Assembly: GCF_030028105.1 (NCBI RefSeq)
Contig: NC_092381.1
Span: 42,323,474-42,387,473, forward strand
Source: Mobula birostris
Taxonomy: Eukaryota
DNA: 64,000 nucleotides
Reading direction: 5' to 3'
Part shown: positions 35,552 through 48,800 of the stretch, in pieces
How positions within the stretch are numbered: position 1 is the first letter of the stretch
Layout: each line of letters begins with the position of its first letter
Made by a program: the position numbers and the translations under genes
The notes under the pieces: model-generated
The model's database searches: none
What the model was told of the DNA's origin: nothing
Seen by the model: the letters and a program-made list of their open reading frames with translations, nothing else

Positions 35552-38500
35552 TAGTGGTTTCCAGAGTTGGTGGTATCACTTCCTGAAGGTGGTGGGTGTT
35601 TCTAAGTCAGCGATTAAGATAAAGGGAGGGGTGAGGTTGGGGACTCTCAGTAGCAAGGTGTGCAGCTAAGGGATTATTGGTTTAATAAGTGAATTAATGA
35701 TTATAAGCATTGACCTTCAATGATCAGTAATCACCTCATCTCTTGCTGACCCATCATTCTCCTAGACTTTGCTTAAAGCACATTATAGTTGTTGAAAAGC
35801 AATATGACACTTCTGTAATTGGCACATCATGAAAAATCTGGACTGAAAAAATTGAATTGTTTCTGGGTACAGCACGCACATTTTTGCAGCCCACTACTGT
35901 AATACAGTGTTAGCAGTTTGGTTCCTATACTCTAATCATGCAGTGGCACAATTTCTGTGAATTAAGGTATGGTGTTTAATGGGGTAAAGTTCACAATCTG
36001 CCCTTTCGAATGGTCTTGACAGCATTTCTCTAGCCCAGAGCCCAATCGAGATATTGCTGCCCACTTTTACGTACATTCAGTCAGAAAGTCAGGTTTTGCC
36101 TGAGCGATGATGACATCATAAATAGTCCCATTTTTTGATTACAGCACTTGAGATTGGACTTTAACAATAGGTGGTTGATTGTGGTCATTAATCCATAACA
36201 AAAATTGCAGAAGCAGACCAAATGAAAAAGAAAAGTAGACAGCATCATGTGGAGTATCCGAAATATGGATTTACACCAACACCAAGCAACCAAAGGCAGC
36301 AAATGTGTCTGTTGTGTGAAAAAGTGATTTCAAATGAGGCAATGCAACCATCCATGCTCCACAAACACTTGAAAATAATCCACTCTGATAAAGCAAAAAG
36401 TACTTATCAGTCACTTTGTGAAACCTTCCGAAAAACAGAAAAGACTTCAAAACATGTTTGCCAGCACTTCACAACATAGTGATGCTTTGCATACTTCATA
36501 CAGCATTTAATTGCTCATATCTAAATCTGGAAAACTCCATACAATTGGAGAAGAACTGATTCTGCCAGCAGTAAGGGAGGTTCTGAGTACAGTTTTCCAT
36601 AAATCATCAAACCAAATAATTAAAGTGATAGCGTAAAATGACAACTCTGTTCAAAGACGAATAGATGAAATACCTGAGAATGTGGAAGGTATATTGTGCA
36701 ACATACTTGGAAATTTACTCTGGAGTTGGATGAGTCCACTTTGCCAGGCAAAAAAACTTTGTTTCTTGGTTATGCTTGCTTCATCATAGACAACATCTTG
36801 TCGCCAAAAAATCTAAGTGATCAGCTGCACCAATCATTAAATACTGTATTGTTATCACAGTGGTAAACGAAATCAAGCCCCATGCTTTCAATTCTCAACT
36901 ATTTTGAAAGTTTTCATTTGGGAATGATGAACAGTTTGAACACTTGCTATTGCTGACCACCTGGACAAAACAAACACTATGTCAGGATGCTGTTCATTGA
37001 CTATAGCTCAGCATTTAATACAATCATTCCCACAATCCTGATTGAGAAGTTGCAGAACCTGGGCCTCTGTACCTCCCTCTGTAAGCGGATCCTCGACTTC
37101 CTAACCAGAAGACTACAGTCTTTGCAGATTGGTGATAACATCTCCTCCCCACTGACAATCAACACTGGTGCACCTCAGAGGGTGTGCTTAGCCCACTGCT
37201 CTACTCTCTATATATCCATGACTGTGTGGCGAGGCATAGCTCAAGTACCATCTATAAATTTGCTGACGATACAACCATTGTTGGTAGACTCTCAGGTGGT
37301 GACAAGAGGGCGTACAGGAGTGAGATATGCCAACTGGTGGAGTGGTGTTGCAGCAAAAGCCTGGCACTCAACGTCAGTAAGACAAAAGAGCTGATTGTGG
37401 ACTTCAGGAAAGGTAAGACGAAGGAACACATACCAATCTCATAGGCGGATGAGAAGTGGAGAGTGAGCAGTTTCAAGTTCCTGGGTGTCAAGATCTCTGA
37501 GAATCTAACCTGGTCCCAACATATCGATGTAGTTATAAAGAAGGCAAGACAGCGGCCATACTTCATTAGGAGTTTGAAGAGATTTGGTCAACAAATACAC
37601 TCAAAAACTTGTATAGATGTACCACAGAGAGTATTCTGACAGGGGGCTGCACAGGACTGAAAGAAACTGCAGTGGGTTGTAAATTTAGTTGGCTCCATCT
37701 TAGGTACTAGGACATCTTCAAGGAGCGGTGTCTCAGAAAGGCAGAGTAGATTATTAAGGACCCCCAGCACCCAGGGCATGCCCTTTTCTCACTGTTACTA
37801 TCAGGTAGGAGGTACAGAAGCCTGAAGGCACACACTCAGCGATTCAGGGACAGTTTCTTCCCCTTTGCTATCGATTCCTAAATGGACATTGAACCCTTGG
37901 ACACTACCTCACTTTTTTAATGTATAGTATTTCTGTTTTTTGCACAATTTTTAATCTATTCAATATACATATGCCGTAATTGGTTTATTTATTTATGTAT
38001 GATTATTTTATTTTGCTTTTTTTCTTCTATATTATGTATTGCATTGAACTGTTGCTGCTAAATTAACAAATTTCACGTCACATGCCGGTGATAATAAACC
38101 TGATTCTGATTTTGATATTGCACATGGAAGCGCTCAAAAGGAAATTGGCTGAGATATGTTTATGCACGTTTTGAAACTGATAAAATTCTTTGAAGACTCA
38201 AATGCTTCATTCAATAATCAACTCAAGAATATTAGGCATGATGTTGCTTATTTGTCAGAATTATTCACCACATTTAATGAAATCAATCTTCAATTGCAAT
38301 GAAAATATGCAAATCTTATCAAAATCAAATCAGTCTTCTCCACATTTCTTTTCAAGTTGGCCCTATCTAAGTGCAACGTTGGCTGTTGCGGCCTTTTCCA
38401 ATTTCTAAGCTTCTGTGAGTTAGAAGAGAAAGAAAGAACATTGGATGATGATCTTCAGGTATAGTGTGGCCAGTGGGGTGAGCTGCATTAAGACATGTCA

Positions 38501-39105
38501 GAGAGATTTCCGGATCTTCTGTTCAGGAATGGAGTTATTACCCTATTCCAGATTGGGTAATAAATCCATTCCTGAACACCTGTAATGAGGAATTAACAGG
38601 GACGATGAAAGAAGAACTGATCTCGCTACAAGATGAAGCTGAGTTTCAAAAACTCCTACCAAGACTTCCAGTTGCAGAAAGAAATGATCTTGCACTGTGG
38701 AAAAATGTCAAGATGTTCTTTATTGCCTAACGTCGTATTTAGTGGAATATGGTTTCAATTCAGTTGCACAACTCCTTTCAAAGCAACAAAACAGACTGCA
38801 AGTTACTGAATTTGGGGATCTGAAACCAAGCCCATCCATCTCCTTGAAAGGTGAGAAAGGAATTAAGTAGTGAATAGCTGGACTACTAATGTACACTCTA
38901 AAATTGTTGATGAAAATTGTTTTTACTGTAATTAAATGTTATTTGCAGCTTTAAATAAATGTAAATAATTCTTGCAATTATTTGCCACCACTTTGAGTTT
39001 GCAAAACTCCTAGTTTATTTCACTGTTTAGTTTTTATGCAATGGCCCGATTGGGTGCTGTGCATATGGTCTGGGTGTCACGAGGGTAAACCAAAAAGGTC
39101 TGGGA
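35552..39105 (+). mobile_element. Decayed hAT Buster/Charlie (ZBED5/SCAND3-like) transposon
   Basis: BED-finger remnant EYPKYGF..MCLLCEKVISNEAMQPSMLHKHL; KLHTIGEELILPA; LDEST; degenerate TIRs and (t/a)TCTATAC flanks. Confidence 0.8.
36954..38115 (+). mobile_element. Rex1/Babar LINE inserted in the hAT transposase
   Basis: [30 protein letters not shown]; (TTCTGA)n tail; TATTGC direct repeat at 36948-36953 and 38116-38121. Confidence 0.9.
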
Positions 39106-39489
39106 ATCTATACCGAAGCTCTTTACCTAGGATGCTGTTGAAAGTAGGTTTTCATTTGCACTGGTGTATACGCGTACTTAAGCATGTGACAATAAATTCG
39201 ACTTTGTCTTATTATTTATTTCCAGCATCTTTAGCTCTACTCTCTTAAGATTCTTTCTGCTTATTTACTATAAAGCATTTCTTGGTTTTATGTCTTAACT
39301 TTACTAACCACTCATTGTTAATAATTTTATCATCCTATTTTTTTTCTCATTGTATCTATGTCTCTCATTTTCGTTTTTACTTCCACAAGCAACTTTTGCA
39401 TCATTGTCGCAGCCCTATTTAACAAGTGATATCCTATTCTGAAGACAATGAACATATGACTCCCATTTTTGCTGCCACGTTACAACAGC

Positions 39490-39776
39490 GAACGTTTCAG
39501 TGCGCGAATAAATGAACCTCAATCTGCTAGGGTTAATTTTCCCGCCAGTCGCGCCGAGGTGAAAGGTAACCGGAAGTGATGTAAGGTGGGGTAAATAAAA
39601 AGCGGGAACAAGAGCCCTTTTTTTCCGCTGCCATATTTTGAACCGAAGGGGTTAGAAATCCAGTGAAATATCCGGAGTAATTTGTTGGCTCGGTTTATAT
39701 TCTTCTCGTTCGGCTCCTGCGGATTCGTTTTAATTTATAGGCGGCAAGCGTATAGGATCCTGAAGGAGCGTTTGAA
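39490..39776 (+). promoter_or_regulatory. NASP CpG-island promoter with E2F, ETS and CHR-like motifs
   Basis: TTTTCCCGCC 39537-39546, GCGCGAA near 39502, CCGGAAGT 39570-39577, GCGGGAA 39602-39608, GCCAT (YY1-like) and TTTGAA 39637-39642. Confidence 0.7.
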
Positions 39777-39832
39777 ATGGCGGATCAGGAACCGAGCGCC
39801 TCCACGTCCAGCATCGCGGGCAGTGCCGAAGG
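39777..39832 (+). CDS. NASP: NASP exon 1
   Basis: [18 protein letters not shown], donor GG|GTGAGT in the CpG island. Confidence 0.85.
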
Positions 39833-42800
39833 GTGAGTGAGTGAGTGAGTGAAGGGGGAGTACGCAGCCCTGGCCCGGCCCGGTTCTGTCCTACCTCGCC
39901 GCCCCGGGCTGCGTCGGCAGGACGCGCGCTCTCTTTATCTTTCCAGGCGCCCACCGTATTCCGCTTGCAACCAGCTCGGAGTCACGGTCACAGTTCGGAC
40001 AGCAGTCCGGTAAATGCACCGCTTCTGCTGGGCTGCCGCACTGTGCAAGTCCCCGTTTATTATCCCTGTCCTCCCAGTTTCATTCCGGATGACTGACACT
40101 TTTTTGTTTTGTCCGGAAAACGCGTCCCGATTATCGTCTCGCTAGCCGCGGTGTAATCTTGTAAACTTAAAAAATGGGTCCGTGGAAGTCGGCGTGATAT
40201 TGTTTCGGGCGATCGGCAATGATTATTCCGAACATTCAAATCACGAGCAAACGAATTGTTATCATTTGCGCTTGAAAGTTTTTTTCCCCCCTCGTGAAAC
40301 TGGCGGTTGAATCCGCTCTAAGTTTGATTGGTTGCATCTGTGAGTGATCCAATATGGATATTGTAGTTTCTGACCTGTTAGAAGGCGATGCACTACCATC
40401 GTGGAATTCAATTGCATTTTGAACATTGCCTTCGTTATTCCTCTACAGGAACTGGTATGTGGCTTTGCAGTCGCTTTTTAAAAAAAAATTCTATAGCGAG
40501 GTTGCATAGTGATTGCACTTAGAATTACAATTCCCCAATATCATAATATCGAAGTTGAATTGGTGACTGGACTGAAGTCTCCACGTTTTGATTCTGATGT
40601 GAGGCCTTAACTCAAAGCATCGCTACTTTCTTCCCTCCCCCGTCTGACAATCATTTACTCCAGCTGTTTGTTTTGCTGTCGATTCCAACGTCTGCATACT
40701 CTAATGTTACTGTAGCAATAGTTAGTGGTTGAGGTTTCACAAGGTTACTATTTTTCTTTTACAGTTGCAAGAAAGTTTGTGAACGGTTCGCAACTACCTG
40801 ATTTTCTACATTAATTACTCATAAAATGTAGTTTTTCTTTCCATCTGAGTCACAATAATAGACAATCTGCTTAAGCTAATGATGCGCAAACATTAGAAAT
40901 TCAGTACTGTTGCTGTTCTCCGTAGGAGTGGGCATCCTGCAAAGATCACATCAAGAGCACAATGAAGGAGTTCAAAAAGAACCCAGGGGTAACAACAAAA
41001 GACCTGCAGAAATCTGTAGAATTTGCTGAAGTCTCTGTTCATGTGTCCACTATAAGAAAAATACTGAACAAGAATGGTGTTCATAGAATGACACCATGGA
41101 AGAAACTACTGCCCTCTTTTTTTTTAAAAAAGAACCACATTGCTGCACATCTCAAGTTTGCAGAAGACCACCTGGATAATGCTTCTGGAACAATGTTCTC
41201 TGGACAAGTGAAATAGGAGGTGCACTTTTTGGCAGAAATGTACACTTCTATGTTTGGAGGAACAAGGGCCCTGCTCACCAACACCAAAACCTCATCCCTA
41301 CTCTGAAGCATGGTGGAAGGAACATCATGATTTGGGGCTGCATTGCTGCCTCGGGGCCTGGACTGCTTGCAATTGTTGAGGAAATAACGAATTCAAAATA
41401 GTATCGACAGGAAAATGTCAGGGTAGTTGTCTGTCACCTGAAGCTTAATAGAAATTGAGTGATACAACAAGACAAAGGTTCAAAACACAAGAGTAAATCA
41501 GCAACAGAATAATTTAAAAAGAAAAAAAAATTGTGTTTTGGAATGGCCAAGTCAGTTTGGACCTAAACCCAATTGAGATGCTGTGGCATGGCCTGAAGAG
41601 GGCGGTTTATACAAGGTATCCCAGAAATATTGATGAATTGAAACAAGAGGAATGGTCTAAATTTCCTCCTTGCCGAGGTTATTGCTGCTAACGTTAAAAA
41701 AAAATCTCAGGGTTGTATGTGGTGACATGCATGTACTCTGATAATAAGTTTTACTTTGAACTTCAAAGGAGGTTCTGCCAGTTATTAAATATAAGCTTTA
41801 ATACTACTTCCAGCCTGGACTGAATGAATAAACAATGTGTTCAATAAAGATGTGAAAAGTACAATTATTCTTGTGTTAGTAGTTTAGGCATATTGTTTGT
41901 CTATTAGTCTAATTCTGATGAAGATCAGACCACATTTTGAGTAATTAATGCAGAAAACCAGGTAATTGCAAAGGGTTCACAAACTTTTCCTTGCAACTAT
42001 ATACAAAATGTTTATTCTTTCTGGGTATTACTTTGCCTTAAGGACTAGATGAATTTTAGAACCGGGTATGCTGATGTGTGCATTCTGCTCCACCACCAAT
42101 AAAATGGAATAAATTACTGCATAATGGGGGCAACCAAATGGGCTTTGTAGACTGTAGTTTAGGCAGGTCAATGTTCAGCGCCTTCATTTGGTTTAGCCAG
42201 ACAGTTGTCTGGAGTAGTGTATTTATTGATTAGATGTTACCTTCATATTTCTGTGGTCTGGATAGAATTTCCATGGTTCTAGATGGCCATTAAAAGTTAT
42301 AGTAGAAGATTTTAGCGTGAAAAGAAGGTCAAATGCCTCTTAAACCAGTCCAAAAACAATCTAGCTCATTATCCTTTGAGGTTGTTTTTTTTTTAAGCAG
42401 CATTCAGTTTCAGACTTGATAGGCTTGGTCCAAAGATGGACAAAAGAACAAAGTGCAGTTGACACTTTGACAGCAAGGTGCCTTGTGATGTATGGTAGTA
42501 AAGAAGTTTTAGTGAAAATGCAGTCCTGTATATTGCAAAAGATGGTGAAAGTCATTTATTCCTGCAGTCTGGGTTTAACCATTTTGGAACATTATAGCTC
42601 AGTGCAGGACCTTTGGCCCTTGATGTTGTGCTGAATTTTTAACCTACTCCAAGATCAATCTCGGTTGGTTCTCATTTTTGTGTAGGTTGTGGAAACTCTT
42701 TGGGATGTCATTGGATAAGTCTCATCTTGCTCAATGACTGAAATTCCATAATGTCTGAATTCGTGATTTTATAGAGATTCAATACCCAATTTTTACGTTT

Positions 42801-45800
42801 TCAGAAACAAGCATTCAGTGTCTCCTTGAAGCAAGACCTTGAATATTGATCAACCAAAGTAACTTGGAGAAGTAGAAGCAGTACGGTAGCCTTTATGCCA
42901 GCACTTCACTCAAAAAGAATATGGCTGTTTTTTGTTTTACCCCAGCAATACTTTTCTCATCAGTCTCCAAATCTCTTCAGGTTCTTGATACTTAAAGGGA
43001 AAAAAATTTTATCTGCATTGAATTTTCTTCTAGGGTCTTCTTGGATAGAGTTGCAATAATTCATTGTCTTGAGATGAAGAACAGTCATTAATAGCTGAAC
43101 CCCTTGCTTTGAGATTGGCCCTGATTGTAGACGCCTCAGCCATGGGAAACACTCTGGGGGACAGTATTAATTAATACAGGACCTGTATTAATTTTGTATT
43201 TGTTTTGCAAAACATTAAATAAGTGTTCTATGAACATCACTGACGGTAACTTGACATGGATGACTTGATAGAAAAGCTTCTGCATCTGTAAGGAACAAAT
43301 TGTATGTAGAACATAGAATATTACAGCACAGTGCAGGCCTTTTGGCCCAAGGTGTTATGCCAACCTTTTAGCTTGCTCTGATATCCATCTAGCCGTTCCC
43401 TCCTACATAGATCTCCATTGTTTTAACATCCTGATTGGGTGTTTCATGCACCTGCTACTGTGCAAAGAAAAAGAATTTGCCTCTGACATTTCTCTCTCCT
43501 CCCCCAATGTACTTTCCTCTGATCACCTTAAAATTATCTCCCCTTGTATTAAGCCATTTCTGCTCTGAGGAATAAATACTGGCTACCCACTTGAACTATG
43601 CCTCGTGTCACCTGCACCTTTAAGTAACCTCTTCATCTTCCTTTGCTCCAAAGAGAAAAGCCCTAGCTTACTCAACTTGTCTTCATAAGACATGCCCTCT
43701 ACTCCAAATAGCACCCTGGTAATCTCTCTCTGTGCCCTGTCTAAATTTTCTACCTCCTTCTGTAATGAGGCACCAATTCTGAACACAACATTCTAATTGT
43801 GGTCTAATTAGAGTTTTATAGAGCTGTAACATTACTTTGTGGCCCTTAAACTCAAAACCCCAAATAAACATGCATGTTGGTGCACATGGCAGCATAGTCT
43901 CCATCTGTCTAGGTGCATGTAGCTCCACAATGCTTCAATATGTTTGCATCATAGCCTCTATTGACCTTTCTAAAAATTCACTCTATGCCATTGTGCTTTG
44001 GCTGCAGTGTATACCATCTCAAAGTGCATCGGTCATTTGCCTGACTGCTACGAAAGCATCTCTAAGCTCTTTGTAACCCAGGAGGACAAAGGGCAGCGTG
44101 TAGTGGAACTGTTCTAGCAGCACAAACTCCTGTCTTGAATATGTGTCTTCCTGTTCTTTTGTCACTACTAAGTCTAAATCCTGCAACTTGCCTCAGCATA
44201 GTTTTTGGAGTTGCTTCACCTAAGGAACTGCAGTAGTTCAAGGTGGAAGTGCACCAGCAGCTTAGAAACCAGGAATGGGCAGGAAGCGCTTACGTCCTAA
44301 TTTTTAAAATATATATATATATATATATATATTAAATCCATTGTAGGCTTGTTGGTTGCAGGAATTCAACTGTTCATCTAGCTAATTTAAACTGTTTCCT
44401 TTTTGACAGTGTTGTCAATCTCCATGCTTGGAAAATAGATCCTGCTTGGCCCTTGAATTTTTTTTTGAGATAGAGCTTCACTAGTGAAAGCAAGATTGGC
44501 CAATGTTAACTGTCTTTGTAATCCCTTCAACTGCTGTCTGAAGACCCTTCCAGGTTTAGCGCTCTCGTCTGCTAAGGTTTAGTTCTTCTGTCTTTTATAA
44601 TTTTATATAATCATTTTCTCTGAATTCCTCCTTCCCAAAGGAAAAAATCCTAGCCTAGCTAGTGCTGTTTCATAACTATACTTCAACCTGTGACATTTGA
44701 AATTTTCTTTACATCTTGTCTCTTATTATTCATGTGTGTAGCATTTGTTGGGGAAACTGTTGTTGGGGGAAGTGACAGATTCCAAGGAGATAATGGAGTG
44801 GGTACTGTGGATCTGTATTATTGCCTGCATCTCAGCGCACTGGTTCATGCGAGTTCCTGGCATAACAGCATGGAGCCTGAGATGTCTGTTATAAAAGCAG
44901 ATGCTAAAAATCCAGAGTAACACACAAAATGCTGGAGGAACTTAGCAGGTCAGGCAGCATCAGTGTAAAGGAATAAAGAGTGGGCATGTCCTGGTGAAGG
45001 GTCTCAGCTGAAACACTGACCCCTTTCTGTAAATGCTATCTGACCTGCTGAGTTCCACCAGCATTTTGTATTACTGAGTTGTCTGTTAAAGTGAGTGTTT
45101 GGACTGGAGGAAAAAAATGCTATAATGAATCATATACTCTTCAGTGTGAATCTATTGTCTCTTGCTTTAAACTTGTATCAGCTTGTTTTTAATACCCATG
45201 GAAAATGGCTCTATACCCTATCTATATACCTTAAGGAGACAACGGGGTGACCCGTTGGGGCACCCTTTGAGAGAAGGGTAGTGCAGTCTGATGTGACCAG
45301 AATGAACATTAAATTTTCCTGAATGCTATTGGTATCGCTTTGCTTTGGAAACTGAAGTAGAAAACTTCAGTTTATTAAAGAAGAACAACACGTGGCAAAG
45401 CAAATATAGCTGCTCCTAATTTAACGGACACTTGATGGCATCATTTCTGGTTTATCTGCCACGCTTGTGCCTCTCGTCAGTCTGGAGACGCACAGCCCTT
45501 TCATCCCCCGTCTCCATCTCTCCTACTGTTTGTTGTTTGTCTCTGATTCTGGAGATGTGCATGCCTCTCCTCCTCTGTCTCTTCTTCTCTCATCTTTTTT
45601 TGTCCTGACTCTTTGATCCTGGAGTCGTGCGGCCCTGGCTTCATCCGATTCTTGTTCTCTCCTTCTTGCCACTTCCTGACGACGTTTGGCGTCATCTCTT
45701 GACCATAATGTCCCCCTTCCCTTTCCACGCAGCATAATTAGGCTGACCATTTTTTTTTACCCTAATGCTGAATAGAAGATACGAAGCAATAACACCAAAG

Positions 45801-48800
45801 GATGCTGATTATTCTTGAAACGCAAACACAAGGAAATCTGCAGATGCTGGAATTTCAAGCAACACACATAAAAATTGCTGGTGAATGCAGCAGGCCAGGC
45901 AACATCTATAGGAAGAGATACAGTTGACGTTTCAGGCCGAGACCCTTTGTCGGGACTAACTGAAAGAAGAGATAGTAAGAGATTTGAGAGGGGGAGGGGT
46001 GATCTGAAATGATAAGAGAATACGTGAGGGAGAGGGATGGAGCTAAGAGCTGGAAAGTTGATTGGCAAAAGGGATATGAGAGGATCATGGGATGGGAGGC
46101 CTAGGGAGAAAGGAAGGGGGAAGCCCAGAGGATGGGCAAGGAGTGTAGTGAGAGGGACAGCGGGAGAAAGAGGGGGGGGGAAGAGAGAGAGAGAAAATAA
46201 ATAAATCACGGATGGGGTACGAAGGGGAGGTGGGGCATTAACGAAAGTTAGAGAAGTCAATATTCATGCCATCAGGTTGGAGGCTACCTAGACGGAAAAT
46301 AAGGTGTTGTTCTTCTGACCTGAATGTGGCTTCATCTTGACAGTAGAGGAGGCCAAGGATAGACATATCAGAATGGGAATGGGACGTGGAATTAAAATGT
46401 GTGGGCACGGGATGATCCTGCTTTCTCTGGCGGACAGAGCGTTAGGTGTTCAGCGTAACGGTCTTCCAGCCTGTGTCGGGTCTTGCCAATATATAGAAGG
46501 GGACGTCGGGAGCACCGGACACAGAAAATCACCCCAGCCGACTCACAGGTGAAGTGTCGTCTCACCTGGAAGGACTGTCTGGGGCCCTGAATGGTGGTGA
46601 GGGAGGAAGTGTAAGGGCATGTGTAGCACTTGTTCAGCTTACAAGGATAAGTGCCGGGAGGGAGATCGGTGGGAAGGGATGCGGGGGATGATTGGACAAG
46701 GAAGTCGTGTAGGGAGCAATCTCTGTGGAAAGTGGGGGTGGGGGGAGATGTGCTTAGTGGTGGGATCCTGTTGGAGGTGGCGGAAGTTACAGAGCATTAT
46801 ATGTTGGACCCGGAGGCTGGTGGGGTGGTAGGTGAGGACAAGGGGAACCCTATTGCTAGTGGAGGATGGGGTGAGAGCGGATGTGCGTGAAATTGGAGAG
46901 ATGCGTTTGAGAGCAGAGTTCATGGTGGAGGAAGGGAAGCCCCTTTCTTTCAAAAAAGGAGGATATCTCCTTCGTCCTGGAATGAAAAGCCTCATCCTGA
47001 GAGCAGATGCGGCGGAGACGGAGGAATTGCGAGAGGGGGATGGCATTTTTGCAAGAGACAAGATGAGAAGAGGAATAGTCCAGGTAGCTGTGAGAGTCTG
47101 TAGGCTTATAGTAGACATCAGTAGATAAGCTGTCTCAAGAGATAGAGACAGAAAGATCAAAAAAGGGGAGGGACGTGTCAGAAATGGACCAGGTAAATTT
47201 GAGGGCAGGGTGAAAGCTGGAGGCAAAGTTAATGAAGTCAATGAGCTCAGCATGCATGCAGGAAGCAGCGCCAATGCAGTCGTCGATGTAACGAAGGAAA
47301 AATGGGGGACAGATAACCGTATAGACTTGGAACATGGATTGTTCTACAAAGCCAACAAAAAGGCAGGCATAGCTGGGACCCATATGGGTGCCCATGACTA
47401 CACCTTTAGTTTGGAGGAAGTGGGAGGAGCCAAAGGAGAAATTATTAAGAGTAAGGACTAATTCTGCTAGACGGAGCAGAGTGGTGGTAGAGGGGAACTG
47501 GTAAGGTCTGGAATCCAAAAAGAAGCGGAGAGCTTTGGGACCTTCCTGGTGGGGGATGGAAGTATATAGGGACTGGATGTCCATAGTGAAAATAAAAATA
47601 AAACAAAACTGTGGGGGCCAGGGAACTTAAAATCATCAAAAAAAAAAATTCAGAGCGTGAGAAGTGTCACGAACATAGGTAGAACGGGATTGAACAAGGG
47701 GGGATAAAACAGTGTCGAGGTATGCAGAAATGAGTTTGGTGGGGCAGGAGCAAGCTGAGACAATGGGTCTACCTGGACAGGCAGGTTTGTGGATCTTGGG
47801 TAGGAGGTAGAAATGGGAAGTGCAAGATGTGGGAACTATAAGGTTGGTAGCAGTGGTGGGAGATCCTCTGAGCGTATAAAATTGGTGATGGTGTGTGAGA
47901 CAATGACCTGGTGCTCCTTAGTGGGGTCATGATCGAGGGGTAAATAAGAGGAGGTATCAGCGAGTTATCGCTGTGCCTTGGCAAGGTAGAAGTCAGTACG
48001 CCAGACTACAACAGCACCCCACTTATTGGTGGGTTAAATAGGTTAGGATTAGTACAGAGGGAGTGGAGAGCAGAGCGTTCGGAAGGAGTGAGGTTGGAAT
48101 GGGAACAAGGTGTGGTGAAGTTGAGACAGTTATTCTCAATTATTCTTGATGTGGTTGGCGCTCTCCTAAATAGACGTGATATAGTCACCATTGTCCTTTG
48201 ACTGCAGCAAAGGGTTTTATGCGTGTCTTGAAATACGTCATTACAATAAGATTTAATTATCTGTTATTGATGGGTGGCAGTTAGATCTGCCCCAATCCTG
48301 CACATGCTGATGGTGATTAGCAGAATGTGACCCTTCAAAATAGAGCTGCCCTGCCCTGCCCTTTTGCTCCGGTAGGTGTCGCTGCTGAGGCTGGCCATGT
48401 GCATGCGTCGGGCTGTCGCGTCTCGATTTCCATGATGGTGGATCAGCTTGCGGGTTAAGAGGGAGCCTGTTGAGTTTGGCGAATGAGCAATTTTATACAA
48501 ATATATAAATAACCCTGAACTTTGCCTGCATTCTGTAAGTTAGCGCATTTTAATTTGATTTAGCCAAATCAAGTGCTACTGTAATGCACCGTTTGCACTA
48601 ATTGGAGGTCACAGACAGCATGAGAGTTTTATTAGTATATAGGTAATCTTGTAAAGTTCTTGCAAACTTCAATCAGATCACCTCTTGGCCTTCTCAAAGG
48701 AAAATGAGCCCAGACTCCCAAAAGCCATCCACACAACATTCTGGTGAAACTCCTCTACACTCCAGTCCCTTATCTTCCATGAAGTATGGTATTGAGGTAG

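Noticed and set aside
36222-36479. ZBED5/SCAND3-like gene between AKR1A1 and NASP
   Set aside because: Multiple frameshifts and stops plus a LINE insertion; a dead Buster/Charlie element
42806-42859. Candidate NASP micro-exon (ttttcag...gtaact)
   Set aside because: In-frame TGA and no similarity to NASP exon 2
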